Both the position numbers and the translations under genes were made by a program. DNA of 47,811 nt from Octopus bimaculoides. Lineage: Eukaryota. The notes under the pieces are model-generated. The model was given only the letters and a program-made list of their open reading frames with translations, had not been told where the DNA came from and did not search any database. Positions 22,685 through 34,495 of this stretch are shown here, one piece after another; within the stretch, counting starts at the first letter, position 1, and every line of letters begins with the position of its first letter. Where the stretch lies: assembly GCF_001194135.2 (NCBI RefSeq), contig NC_068988.1:79533807-79581617 (forward strand), read 5' to 3'.

Positions 22685-25365
22685 CATTCTTTTATTGGCC
22701 ACACAAGGAATAATATAAATGTACATAAAATTACATGTAACAAACATACAAGACAACACAAAATGATACAATAGGTTTTCAAATTGAGTAAACCAATAAA
22801 ACAATGAGAATTAATCAATGAATCTCTCAATAGCGGGAGGCGCTTTAAGGTTCCTCATGGAAAAACCCACAAAAGCTGTGGATGTCTAATCAACAGGGCA
22901 AGAGCACTTCTTTTATTTCTTCACAAGCGCATGCTCAAAATGGGTCCTTTCACACTGGTCATTCTTCCAACATCCACCCACCTTTCAACAAACTTGCTAG
23001 AAGGCAACACTTACCTCCCCACCCTCACTTTCCTCTTCAAGTGAAACTTGAAGTTGATGAGGGCTTGGCCAAAGAGGAAAGTGCTTGACTTTAGCCCCTT
23101 TTCAAACAAGTCCACCATACTACATATTTCGCTACAGCCACAAGAAAAATAAAAACTGCCTGCCCCTCCGGCCAAAGATGAGTAGTGGGGCAATCTTCAC
23201 TATGGGTTCATCAGCCCTTCACAGGGCCCATAACCCTTGCTCACCGAGAGACGTGGTAGGCCATTCAGGTAGACGCTGAAGTCTACCCTGTTATCCATCC
23301 TACCATTCATCCCAAACAGTCAAGCAAAGTGCTGCTGGAAGGCTGCACACATCTGCTTTGGTTCAAAAACCTCGTGCCCGTTCTGGTCCACCAAAGACCA
23401 AATGGTGGCTTTGTTGCCACATTTTGCCTCTGCCACTCAGGCCCATCAAGCAGCTTTTATTCCCTCCCCGCTTAGTTAATGTGCCTTAGCTCTGACAATG
23501 CAGCCTTCATGTTTGATGTCAAAAATTGGTTGAAGGCCAACCTCACTGCCAACACGTCAGTTGTGATGCCTGTCCCAAATGCCTCATCTAACTTCCTTAC
23601 TAAATCTCCCTTTAATCTATTTCTCTCTATCACTAAAACCTAATTAAACCTAATCGATTCTACTCTAATTGCCCTTTTAAGAGCAAACCACCAGTTGTTG
23701 ACGATTGCGTCCGTCAATGCTCTCTTAACGAAAACACTAATCTGGTTTCTGTAAGCTTCAAATACCAGTAATAATGTGTTCAACTTTTAGTAACCGGGAC
23801 CCTGTCTACAAAGGCTATCTAAGTCGACCATACAGATCACGAATTTGTGGTCTGTGTAGTCAACCATGTGAAATTGTGGACAACCTATGCTATCCTTATC
23901 TGCTGGCCTACAAAACACTATCTAAATACAATCTAGATGACCCAATGCGATTTGTCCAAGTCCACATTGACACATTTGGGGTATCTAGTTGGTACCTGTC
24001 AGACAATTGAAAACATCTGAGCAGGTTTTTGAGGTATTTGCACCCACCTCTCCTATCAGATATTCCCATGCAATCGAAATGTCCATCTAAGACAGTGTTC
24101 CAATCCTCTAGTCTGAGACATTCCCAGGAAAACCTCCAGACGCTGGATCCAGGAAGATTGCCTTTATTTTCAAATCCAGACCTTTCCGGAAAAGTATCAC
24201 AGTACGATCACAGCCGACAAGGAGATAGAAAAATCTCAAATCTGAAAAGGGCTGAGAGATCCCATGGGTTGGAAAGTTTGGTTTCACTAATGGCTGCTAC
24301 GTCTACACTAAGGGACCTCAGGCCATTTAAAAGGAGATCGCTACTTACACTGTTTGATGGTGGGGTGGTTTCTTCATTATTTGATGTGGGTGTTCCCACG
24401 AGTAAGTTCTTATCTGTATCTATGGCTGTGAGGCTGGTGGTGTGTGTGGTTTCTGTAGGTGTTTGTGCTTGTGGTGTTGGTGCAAGTGGTGTTGATGGTG
24501 GTGATGTTGTTGGTAGTTGTGTGTGTGTGGTTGGTTTGAGTGAATGGGCTTGTTTGCGCCTCCCCTTCTTATTTCGTGGTTCTGTAGTACATTTTCTTCC
24601 TTTCTTCATGGATGCCATTTGCCACTCCTCCTTCTCAACCTCATGTCTAAGTTGTTTGGGTCAGGAAGGGGAACATTTTGTAGGATCTTCCCTTGTGGAG
24701 CCTCATCTGTTGCTGCAACTGCTGCAGTAGCTGTTGGTCGTGGTCCTCCGGTTGGTGATATTTCTGTAGTTGGTGGTGCCCTAGCAACAGCTAGAGACAG
24801 CATCACTCTTGCTGGCGGTAATAGTGATGGTGTTGGTGATGCAGTGACTGGTCCCTGCTGCTGTACTGGAGGTGCTTCTGGTGCTGGTGTCAGCAAAAGG
24901 GACGGTCGCCTCTCCTTTTTCTCTTTAGGGAAGGAGATTCTGAGGTGGTCTTGGTCACTGCATAAATAGCATCTTGGCTTCTTACCCTCCATAGCAACGT
25001 GCAGCTTAATGCCACCAGGCAGGCTTATCGAGTCAAGGATGGAATTTATGTTCTCTTGTTCAATTTGAACAAGCAGCTCCATCCCTGACCCGCAGTGTCC
25101 TCTTTGTCACTAGCCACTAGCCAGCATATATTTAATTCTGGCAGTACCTCCCCGATTTTAATTCTTGTATGTTGGCATGAGCAGCAATTCATCAGTCTTT
25201 AATGGCACTGTGGAATGTTGTTTTACTTCTTGTTCAGTGGCAAAACGCACTTCCACAGTGCTGAAGCATCTTCCTTGAGTAACACAGGTTTTATTGGTCC
25301 ATACTGGTCTCAGTGTCATATCTAACTGCTGTTGAGTGGCTCGTTCTACTACTCCTTTTTAATAT
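22685..25365 (-). mobile_element. Tx1-like (L1 clade) element, subfamily B: ORF1 + endonuclease + C-terminus, RT deleted
   Basis: ORF1 with degenerate CCHC knuckle RCYLCSDQDHLRISF; APE motifs VAAISETKL, WNTVLD, MWTWTNRIGSSR.YLD; jump near 23245 to C-terminus FKFHLKRKVR..ERWVDV..KGPILSMRL* (stop 22921-23); AATAAA at 22691-96 on minus; (AAT)n on both flanks. Confidence 0.85.
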
Positions 25366-25409
25366 TCAATAATAATAATAATAATGATGATGATGATAAC
25401 AATAATAAT

Positions 25410-25626
25410 AATCTTTTCTACTGGAAGCAAAAGGCCTCAAATTTGGGAGAAGGGTTTAAGTCGATTACATCGATCCCAGTGCATGACTGGTACTTATTTA
25501 ATTGACCCCGAAAGGATGAAAGGCTAAGTAGACATCAGTGGAATTTGAACTGAGAATATGAAGACGGACGAAATATCGCAAAGCATTTTGCCCGACATGC
25601 AAACGCTTCTGCCAGCTCCCGGCCTT
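25410..25626 (-). mobile_element. S1 SINE
   Basis: Same blocks as 22412-22614. Confidence 0.85.
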
Positions 25627-25636
25627 AATAATTTTT

Positions 25637-25920
25637 CATTTATTGGCCACACGGGCTTACTTAAAATTATATTAAAACACATACAACATAAAAGACAAAA
25701 ACAGGACAATACAATATGGGTTTTACAATGTGTAAACAATAACAATTAAAATTAAACAAATCAAAATTCCCAATAGGGGAGGCAATTTAAGGACCTCGTG
25801 GAAAAACCCACAAATGCCACAGGTGCCTGAACAGCAGGGCAAGAGCCTTTCTTTTGTTTACAGGTGCATGCTCAGAATTGGTCCTTTCACACTGGCCATT
25901 CTTCCAGCATTCACCCACCA
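25637..25920 (-). mobile_element. Tx1-like subfamily B 3' fragment
   Basis: WWVNAGRMASVKGPILSMHL* followed by 3' UTR homologous to 22690-22985, ending gtgtggccaataaa. Confidence 0.85.
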
Positions 25921-26234
25921 AAATAACAACTTGGAAATAGAGAGGAATAATTGTGGTGGCTGAAAACAACGAATTCCTATAATAATAGGTGTTTTGAGAA
26001 TAATTATAACATACAAAAAGATCCCAAGACTACAGATTAGCACAACATACACAAAGCAGCACCAGGTACTACATACAGAATACCATCAACACAAAAGAAA
26101 CTACAAAAGCAAAACAAAACACATCATATATTCAAAGACTACAGAGCTGCACCCGTGTAGTGAAAACAATGAAACTGGTGAGACATGATCTTGTCTTTTG
26201 CACATTGTCAGACTTTTGGGAGACGTACAACTCA

Positions 26235-26508
26235 TTTAATGAACCTTAATATTGACTGGTACTATATCTTCACTAAAAGGATAAAGCCAACCTCAGCAGA
26301 ACTTGAATTCATGTAAAGAAAGGAATATTAACTGAATATAGCTGTTCTACTAGCTGTGCTAATCCACCGTCAGCTAGACACAAAGTCGTCGATTTAACTG
26401 ACAGTACTTTCTTTTGAGAAGTCGACCTAGGCGGAATTAGAACTCAAAATGTCAAGGGACGTAACCAAATAATGTCCGCTATTCAACCAATTATTCTAAT
26501 CCACCACT
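26235..26508 (-). mobile_element. Two old, degenerate S1-type SINEs
   Basis: gactggtact, aacctcagcagaacttgaa, gtcgacctaggcggaattagaactc. Confidence 0.55.
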
Positions 26509-26551
26509 TTGTAACAACAGGAAGAATGGTAAATCTTCCACATCAACATCA

Positions 26552-26565
26552 GTTTCCATAGCAAC
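26552..26565. promoter_or_regulatory. RFX X-box motif GTTTCCATAGCAAC
   Basis: Exact match to X-box consensus GTHNYY-AT-RRNAAC in apparently unique sequence. Confidence 0.6.
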
Positions 26566-26647
26566 TTCTTTTCTTAGCTATTTCGCCGTCAGAAACTCTC
26601 AGCACATCCGTTGGGGAGTGAGAGAGAGAGCATTACAAGATTACAGT

Positions 26648-26664
26648 GGAAGTGGCGGCCATTT
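26648..26664 (+). promoter_or_regulatory. Adjacent ETS-like (GGAAGT) and YY1-like (GCCATTT) motifs
   Basis: ggaagtggcggccattt about 85 bp from the X-box; short motifs, so suggestive only. Confidence 0.35.
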
Positions 26665-27874
26665 CAATATTATCTAGCCATTCTCCTCCCTCACTAAATA
26701 ATGGTAGAATAGTGAAAAGACGAAAAATCACAGGTACATATTAAGACCATGAATAACAGAATTATACATTTCACCACTGCAGACATATACATGTGTGTGC
26801 ATTGTATTTGACGCAATGTCTCTACATCGTACAAATAAGGCAGCAACTTTCAACTAAACGCAAACATAACTTAGAGGAGGTCAGTGTAAAAGAGTTTAGT
26901 GTCAGAGAGAAAAGAGAAAATGGTGATTAGAATGGTAGTAGAGTTTAGGAGAAGCGAAAGACAAACGGGGAAAAGTGAAGGAGAAAGAAGAAGTGGTAGA
27001 GTGAATACAAGAGTAAGACAGAGAGAATAAGTAAGTTGGTATAAGGAGAGAAGGTAAGAGGGAGACAGAAAGAGGCGACTAAAAAAAAAAACTGCATTGA
27101 GAAGCGGATTAGACAGAAAGATGGTAATATCGAGAGGATGATTCAAAAATTAAGGGAATTTTGAAAATGCTGTTCAAAAGGGCATGCTAAGGGGTTGAGA
27201 AACAATGTTCGATCAAGCATTTTGTTTTAGCCTCATGATAGAAACAGCGAGGACGAAAGACGAAGAATAGAGATAAACGACAAAAGTGTTTGAACCACCT
27301 CCACCCCCATACAACAACATATCCAACATACACGCCAGTTAATCACAATGCCGACCAATTAACGAAGATCATTCACAATTCTACACTTCTTGACCGACTT
27401 AATAAAAGAAAAGTTGCCCTATATCTCCTATCATAGTGTTTATATTTCATTTTATCTCTTATCCTTGCCACCAACGACGTAAGCCAACGTGGACATTATA
27501 AATAAACACATATTAAGTGCTCTCAGTCTCTTCCGAAGGACCATGTAGTTTATAATATCCTTAAAATTTCACAAACTAGCTATGCCTCATGTTTCTTGAT
27601 TCCAGGGAGTCAATGACATTTATCCGTTTAACTATACACTCTTTCTCCCTATTTCATATATAGAGGTGTATATGTGTGTGTGAGATTCTGAGCATGTGCG
27701 TCTATATATATTTTTTCTAGCTTTGTTTTCGATCAGAACAAATTAGAAACTACACCGCTTTCTATTTCTTTCCATTGCATTGCGTTATTTTCCCTGGTAT
27801 GAAATTTATTCATTCTCAGAATACTAAATCCATTTGAAAATAAAAGTAATAATGCAGTCAATACGCGGACACAT

Positions 27875-27943
<69 letters not shown>

Positions 27944-28017
27944 NNNNNNNNNNNNNNNNNNNNNNNNNNNNNNNNNNNNNNNNNNNNNNNNNNNNNNNNN
28001 NNNNNNNNNNNNNNNNN

Positions 28018-28080
<63 letters not shown>

Positions 28081-28224
28081 TACGTAGATATATATATATA
28101 TATATATATATACATATGCAAATATATATATACATATATATACATATGCAAATATATATATGTATATACATACATATGCATATATATATACATACATACA
28201 TAGGTGCAAATGAGGGTTGCTAAA

Positions 28225-28335
28225 TCAAACTCCATTCTTCACCAAGTGCCACATATTGTAAGAGGCTCCCTGTAATAACAGTGTAGCAACACGGTGGTGC
28301 ATCAGCATGGCCGCAGCTCTAAGCTGAAACTTTAA
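28225..28335 (+). mobile_element. CR1-like LINE 3' tip
   Basis: ggtgcatcagcatggccgcagctctaagctgaaac matches the 3' end of the CR1 RT copy at 32058-33030. Confidence 0.65.
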
Positions 28336-28443
28336 AAAAAAAAATACAAATATGTATATACATACATATAAATACATACAAATATATATATATATGTATA
28401 TACATATATATTTATATATATATACGTACAAATATATATATAT

Positions 28444-28475
<32 letters not shown>

Positions 28476-28575
28476 NNNNNNNNNNNNNNNNNNNNNNNNN
28501 NNNNNNNNNNNNNNNNNNNNNNNNNNNNNNNNNNNNNNNNNNNNNNNNNNNNNNNNNNNNNNNNNNNNNNNNNNN

Positions 28576-29805
28576 CAGCAGTTTCAATGCTGGACAAGCG
28601 AGTCTGAAGTTCTTTCCTAATCACAACAACATATACCTTGTGGACATTTAGACGGTGAGGAATGCTGACTGGTCCTCTTCTCTCTTTCACTCTAATTATC
28701 ATTCGGAACCTTGCTCGCACCAGACTGTGGTCTGTCCAACATTCTGATCCATGGAAGGACTTGACATTACAAATGTCATAAATGTTGCGCTTGCAGATGA
28801 TGACATAATCCAGCAAGTGCCAAACTTTGGACCTCGGGTGCATCCATGTTGTTGTGTGATCACCTTTGTGCATAAAATGAGTGCTTGCGATGTAAAGTCC
28901 ATGTTCTTCGCAAAGCTCCAGTAGCATGAGACCATTGCTATTCATTTTCCCTACTCCAAAACATCCTAGAGAGTTCCATGTTTGCCAGTCTGTTCCAACT
29001 CTGGCATTAAAATCCCCCAGTAGAATGACTTTATCAGAATTGAGGATTTTTCTAAGTATGGCTCTCAGCTGGGTATAAAACATTATTTTATCTTCATCAC
29101 AGCTAGTCAAAGTAGGTGCATAGGCACTTATTAGAGTAGCAAACCGCTTACCTTTCAAGTGCAACCGTAGCATCATTATACGTTCATTTATAGGAACAGG
29201 GAGCTCTTCCAACTTCTTAAGGATATCAGATCAGACTGCAAAACCAACACCAGCCTCTCTGCGCCCCTCCTTCAGTCTTCCCTTCCAAAAAAAAGGTGTA
29301 TCCACCTCCTACTTCCTCAAGCTGACTATCACCTTCTATACGAGTCTCTGAGAGTGCAGCTCTATCAATCTTATAACGGTTCAGCTCACGAGCAACAAGT
29401 GCAGTGCATTTTTCAGGCCTACAATCACTCTTGTTGTCCAACAGAGTGCACACATTCCAACATGAAATGTTTAAGTTCCGTCCAGATTTTATAAATAAAA
29501 GACTCTTTGTTTTTCGAGTGCAGGGTGGACATCCATCAGTCACGCTAAACCGACCAGATATGGGAAGACAGGCAATTTTTGGTTCACCTTTTCTAGAACC
29601 TCCCTGGCCTCCGGGTGAACAGTGCCCTCTCCAAATGGAGCTGCTCAGACATCCATGCAGCAACCGAATACTACTGCTGTCTTGGGCGACAAGGAGACGA
29701 CATTATATCTAGCATGGGCCGCCTACGTGCAGGTCGCTGACTACATGCTTCCAACCCGTCAGGTCTGCATGCTTCACCACCTTCCCATCGCCGCAGGACT
29801 TCCGA
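28576..29805 (-). mobile_element. Second RTE-family (BovB-like) LINE, 5' portion with 5' UTR and endonuclease; runs into a gap
   Basis: LNISCWNVCTLLD..ALVARELNRYKIDRAALSETR; INERIMMLRL..LISAYAPT..ILLGDFNARVG..TTWMHPRSKVWHLLDYVI..TDHSLV. Confidence 0.92.
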
Positions 29806-30029
29806 ATAAAAAACAATTAAAATATATGCTAAAAATGAAGAAAATATATACTAAAAATAAGTTAAATATATATTAAAAATAAGATAAATATATATAGGGG
29901 GAAAAAAAAATGCACATATCGAACAGAGGTCGGCAATGCCTGTGCAGAGTTTTAGGTCCAATAAGGCTTGCACAACACCTCATAGACCCTCTCCACTTTA
30001 TTGACATTATCCAGAGACAAGCCGGAGCA

Positions 30030-31290
30030 ATATGTCTGGTGCCAATATGAGTCGCAGGCTGGTAACAATCGCGCTCAAATGGTGCTATTTATGTGCCACT
30101 AGCACGGAAGCCAGACAGCTGCTCTGGCAATGATCATGCTCGGACGGTGCTGTTAGTGCTCCACTGGCACAGGTGCCGGTAATCGAATATGGTTCAATTA
30201 CGATTTCGATTTCACTTACCCAACAGGTCTTCGCAAGAAGAGTTTAGTGTCCAATGACGGAGAGGTTGGCAGTTGTCGAATTTGGTTCGATTTCGATTTC
30301 AATTCACTTGCCTCAATAGGTCTTCGCAAGCAGAGTTTAGTGCCCCATGAAGTAAAGATATAAATAAGTGGCTACACTTCTAGCAGAGGCCACAGATTAT
30401 GCTCTCACCTGGCTTGCCGGGTCTTCTCACGTACTACATATTTCCAAAGGTCCCGGTCACTAGTCATTGCTTCGGTGAGGCCTAAAGTTCAAAGGTTGTG
30501 CTTCACCACCTCATCCCAGGTCTTCCTGGGCCTACTTCTTCCACAGGTTCCCTCAACTGCTAGGGAGTGGCACTTTTTCACACAGCTATCCTCATCCATT
30601 TTTGCCACATGACCATACCAGCGCAATCATCTCTCCTGCACATCACAACTGATGCTTCTTAGGTCTAACTTTTCTCTCAAGGTACTTACACTCTGTCGAG
30701 TATGCACATTGACATTACACATCCATCGGAGGATACTGGCTTCGTTTCTTGCAATCTTACGCATGTCCTCAGCAGTCACGGCCCATGTTTCACTGCCATG
30801 TAGCATGGTGGTTCATACATATGCATCATACAGTCTGCCTTTTTACTCTGAGTGAGAGGCCCTTTGTCACCAGCAGAGGTAAGAGCTCTCTGAACTTTGC
30901 TCAGGCTATTCTTATTCTAGCAGTTACACTTTCAGCGCACCCTCCACCGCTACTAACTTGGTCACCTAGATAGCGGAAGCTATCAACTACTTCTAGTTTT
31001 TCTCCCTGGAATGTGGCAGAAGTTGTTTTCTGCACATTCACAGTGTTTATTGCTCTTGAACATCTGCTACATACAAAAACTATCTTGCTAGTTAACCTTC
31101 CTTTAATATTGCTGCACCTCTTATGTGTCCATAGCTTACACTGGGTACATCTTATGAAGTTTCTACCGACGCCTTTTCTACAGATCGAGCAGGGCCATCT
31201 ACCTGAAGGGGTTTGTGTTTTGTCTACCTTCCTACTTATTAGGACTTTGGTTTTAGCTAGGTTGACTCTATATATGGCCCATGTTTAAAC
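30030..31290 (-). mobile_element. RTE LINE 3' fragment with 3' UTR, same family as 12277-14735
   Basis: 30865-31285 is an inverted close homologue of 14300-14735; continues into C-terminal RLYDACV..MLHGSETWA..RRLRWYGHV. Confidence 0.88.
30184..30357. repeat. Two diverged tandem units (period 93 bp) in the RTE 3' UTR
   Basis: ttcgattt..cact..aggtcttcgcaag..agagtttagtg repeated at 30225 and 30318. Confidence 0.8.
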
Positions 31291-31329
31291 CATTTTTTCC
31301 TGACTTTCAATACACCTGGTACAACTTAT

Positions 31330-31850
31330 TTGAGGAGAGTTGCAGCGGCCTATAATTGACTGTGTGGTGGCAATAGTGAAGCATGATGTTTATTCCTTCA
31401 TGGTATGTCCTCAGCAGGGACATGAAAGATCTTTTTGTGTGATGGAAGAATGGATTTCATGACCAATACTGCCATGCTGGATCAAGTTTTGGAGCCCTAC
31501 ATTCCAGCAATTACTTACAGATACACCTACAAATAATGTATTATTCCAACAAGACAATGCACCTTGTCATACTTCTCACCAATCAAAAAATTGTTTCAAA
31601 GAAAAAGGCTTTAAACTCCAATGGAATGGCCACTCCAGAACCCCAGCCTAAATCCTACTGAACATCTTTTTGAAGTGCTTGGGAAAGCTATTAGAAGCAA
31701 CACAACTAAAAATAAAACACAATCATTTGAAACTTTACAAGCAGCATGAGAGAACATAACACTAGTAGTGTGTCACAGCCTCATTGTATCCATGCCAAGG
31801 CAAACTATGGCAGTCATTAAAGCCAATGAAGACCCCACTAAGTATTAGAT
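31330..31850 (+). mobile_element. Decayed Tc1-like transposase 3' part (DD34E class)
   Basis: LFQQDNAPCHTS..EWPLQNPSLNPTEHLF..LIVSMPRQTMAVIKANEDPTKY*. Confidence 0.88.
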
Positions 31851-31974
31851 TACTTAAAAATAAATTATCTTTGCATTGATATACTTTTATTGTCCTAATT
31901 TAGCCATATACCTTAAAAGTAATTAACTTTGATGGATGCTTTAAACTTCTGACTAAGGCTGAATGTATGTATAT

Positions 31975-32027
31975 ATCATCATCATCATCATCGTTTAACG
32001 TCCGTTTTCCATGCTGGCATGGGTTAG
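31975..32027 (-). mobile_element. Very short 3' tip (probable RTE) with (GAT)n tail
   Basis: (atc)n gtttaacgtccgttttccatgctggcatgggtt. Confidence 0.7.
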
Positions 32028-32057
32028 GTGTGTATATGTACATTTTCTTCAAATAAA

Positions 32058-33030
32058 TTTCAGCTGGAGAGCTGAGGCCATGCTAGGGCCCTGTTACTAG
32101 CCTTGTTACACTTTCACAACTTGAAACATCTGGTATGTGGTAGCTGGTGAATAATGATGTTTGATGTTGCTACTCTCATCAGCATTTCCTGCCACAAGGT
32201 AGGTTCATCCAGAACTCTTGTTAGGAGGAGATCCAGTTTTGAAAACACATCCAACCCCCATATAGGTCTGTTGGACTTTTTGGGAGGATAATGAAGAGAG
32301 TTATTGGCCTTTGAGACTTCAGCTGTTGCAGTTTCTGGTCTTGTATCTTGGTGGAGATGTTGGGATTTTGGTACTGTGCAGTGGTACCCTGTTCTGCTGT
32401 TTGTGTAACTTTCACATGTCTTTCCTGTCTTCATTCTAGGGAGTCATGTCTTAACCATTTCAACCCTTCCCAGTAGCTGACACAATGCATCAAGCCAATC
32501 TCCTTTGTGTAGCTTCACTGGATCACTTTGAGTTCTGCCATAAATTTTACTCAGTGCGGTGATCACGGTTGGGAGCTGTAGTGTAAATAGCTGAGAGAAA
32601 TGTTCTCGAGAGGATCATCATGGTCTCCTTTTCTCTCATTCTGAAAGTTCTAAGTATCCATCTGCCAAGCTGTCTGCATTTTATTGCCAACTCAGCAATC
32701 TGCACCTGGAAAGATGCGTCATTACTCATGTCAATACCCAGATATCTATCCTGGGCCAGTGTATCTTGTCTGCATTTCATTCAGTTTTGTGTGCTTGTAG
32801 CACAGGGCTTGGAATTTTCCAGCATTAAACTGCATGTTATTGTCCTGCCACCTTGCTTCTGGCGCCTATTGCAGATGTGCAATATCACCTGTTTCTTATT
32901 TCTCGAGAGACTTTTTGCATCATCTGCATAACTATAAAGGATGGTTATATGAGAAGCTGAGGGCAAGTCTGAGAGGGCCATTATGTATTGCAGTGGCTCC
33001 AAGACAGTGCCCTGTGGAGTGCCACCACTG
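32058..33030 (-). mobile_element. CR1-like LINE 3' fragment including terminus
   Basis: TPQGTVL..YSYADDAK; YLGIDMSNDASF..GRWILRTF; KLDLLLTRVLDEP; ends agcatggcctcagctctccagctgaaa. Confidence 0.85.
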
Positions 33031-33504
33031 CCAGCTATGCTGATGAATCACCTTCAAGGATCATTTTAGCTAAATGAATCAACCCAAGTACTTGTTTTCT
33101 ATGCCTAGTGCTTATGCTCTGATATAGATGCATAATGTGTCTGGGTGAGGACTGTTGGGTAAAAATGTGTTAAATGTTCCAAGTGAAACAAACTTGCAGA
33201 TGGAGACGATTGAGAATGTCATGGTAAGACAAGGTGATGTCTGATGAAAGGATGCTAAACATCATACAAGAGATGACAAGAAAGGATTACTAGTAACAAG
33301 TCATGTACCAAAGAAATCTTATCCAACCATGAGAAAATGAACACAATAGGGAGTGTATATGGTAAATATCAAAGTGATTAAAACCAAGAAAGAAAACAAA
33401 TATACTATTTATGTCAGTATGTTGTTTTACTCCATTTCAGCCCTGTTCAAGCTGACTCGTGATTAACAGTGCCCAGCAGTAACCAGCTTGTCTGTTTGAT
33501 AGTT

Positions 33505-33600
33505 TTAGTATACCTGGGTTCACATCTTTTTCTAAGATGGTAATGAGAGATTTGGTTGCTATTTCTAGTTGGCCAAATGACTGCATAGAAGCTTCCCTAA
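33505..33600 (-). repeat. Unclassified short interspersed repeat (family S3) fragment
   Basis: ctagaaatagcaaccaaatctc core shared with 37255-37455 and 40120-40310. Confidence 0.55.
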
Positions 33601-34294
33601 AATATTAAAGTATTGACAAAAGGTTTCTTTGAATGAGTGCCAGACAGGTAGCCACAGTGTTAGGCGACAAAAGCCGAGACTGAAAATCAATATCTTTTTT
33701 TTGACAGCTGTAGATAAGTGTTAATCCAAAATAGCTAGTGATTTGGAGGGACTGAAAAAGTCACAAGATCTGATAGATACAAGCAAAAATAAATAAACCA
33801 TTTAGAGAGGGAGGAGGGAGAAAGCTGAGTCAGCAACCATAGAAACTTCAGAACAGTGAAAAACTCCCAAGAACAGCAGTATGTGTGCGTGTATATATTA
33901 CACACACACACATGGAAATTATTTCACCAGGCAGAATATACTACATTTTAGAGGACATGTATAGTTATGACTTGCATCCTTTTCAACCAAGAAATTAAAC
34001 TGCTAAAATAAATGTGAACATCTAATAATAACAAAAAGACATTGAAATATAATGATGTTTGGGTTGTATATCAGGAAATACATTGTCCATCAATAAGGGT
34101 TAACACAATAAAGTTGACTGAGGAGATTTAACTACCAGAACTTTGGGAAATAATATTTTGAAACACTCACATTATAGATATCTGGCAGTAAACTTTTGCT
34201 AGACTGTGGCAAGTTTCATATACATCACAGCTTGCTTTTCAAACCTGCTCAATGAGAAGAAACTAATGATAAATAACTTATCAATATTAGATAC

Positions 34295-34495
34295 AATGGT
34301 GGCAAGCTCGCAGAATCATTAGCACACTGAGCAAAATGCATTTTGTCCAGCTGCACATTCTGGGTTCCATGACGGTCAACTTTGCCTGTCGTCCTTTTGG
34401 GGTTTATAAAATATGTACCAGTTGAGCACTGGAGATGGTGTAATTGACTAATCCCGCCCTCGATATTGCTGGCCTTGTGCCAAAATTGGATCAAA
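34295..34495 (+). mobile_element. S1 SINE
   Basis: tggtggcaagctcgcagaatcattagcac head; tail ggccttgtgcc. Confidence 0.8.

Noticed and set aside
24029-24969. Long plus-strand ORFs (233 aa, 141 aa)
   Set aside because: Antisense shadows of Tx1 ORF1/endonuclease on the minus strand.
26490-26560. Minus-strand METDVDVEDLPFFLLLQ start
   Set aside because: The ATG is part of the X-box; the frame runs into a SINE and stops with no good donor.
27231-27293. Possible terminal exon PHDRNSEDERRRIEINDKSV* after ttttgttttAG
   Set aside because: Short, no homology, and phase-incompatible with the nearest upstream donor at 26733.
30184-30357. Repeat-spacer appearance suggesting CRISPR (also the SINE stack at 21925-22614)
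   Set aside because: Eukaryotic context, diverged units within retroelements, no cas genes.
33833-33846. Second X-box-like sequence GCAACCATAGAAAC
   Set aside because: The left half does not fit the consensus.
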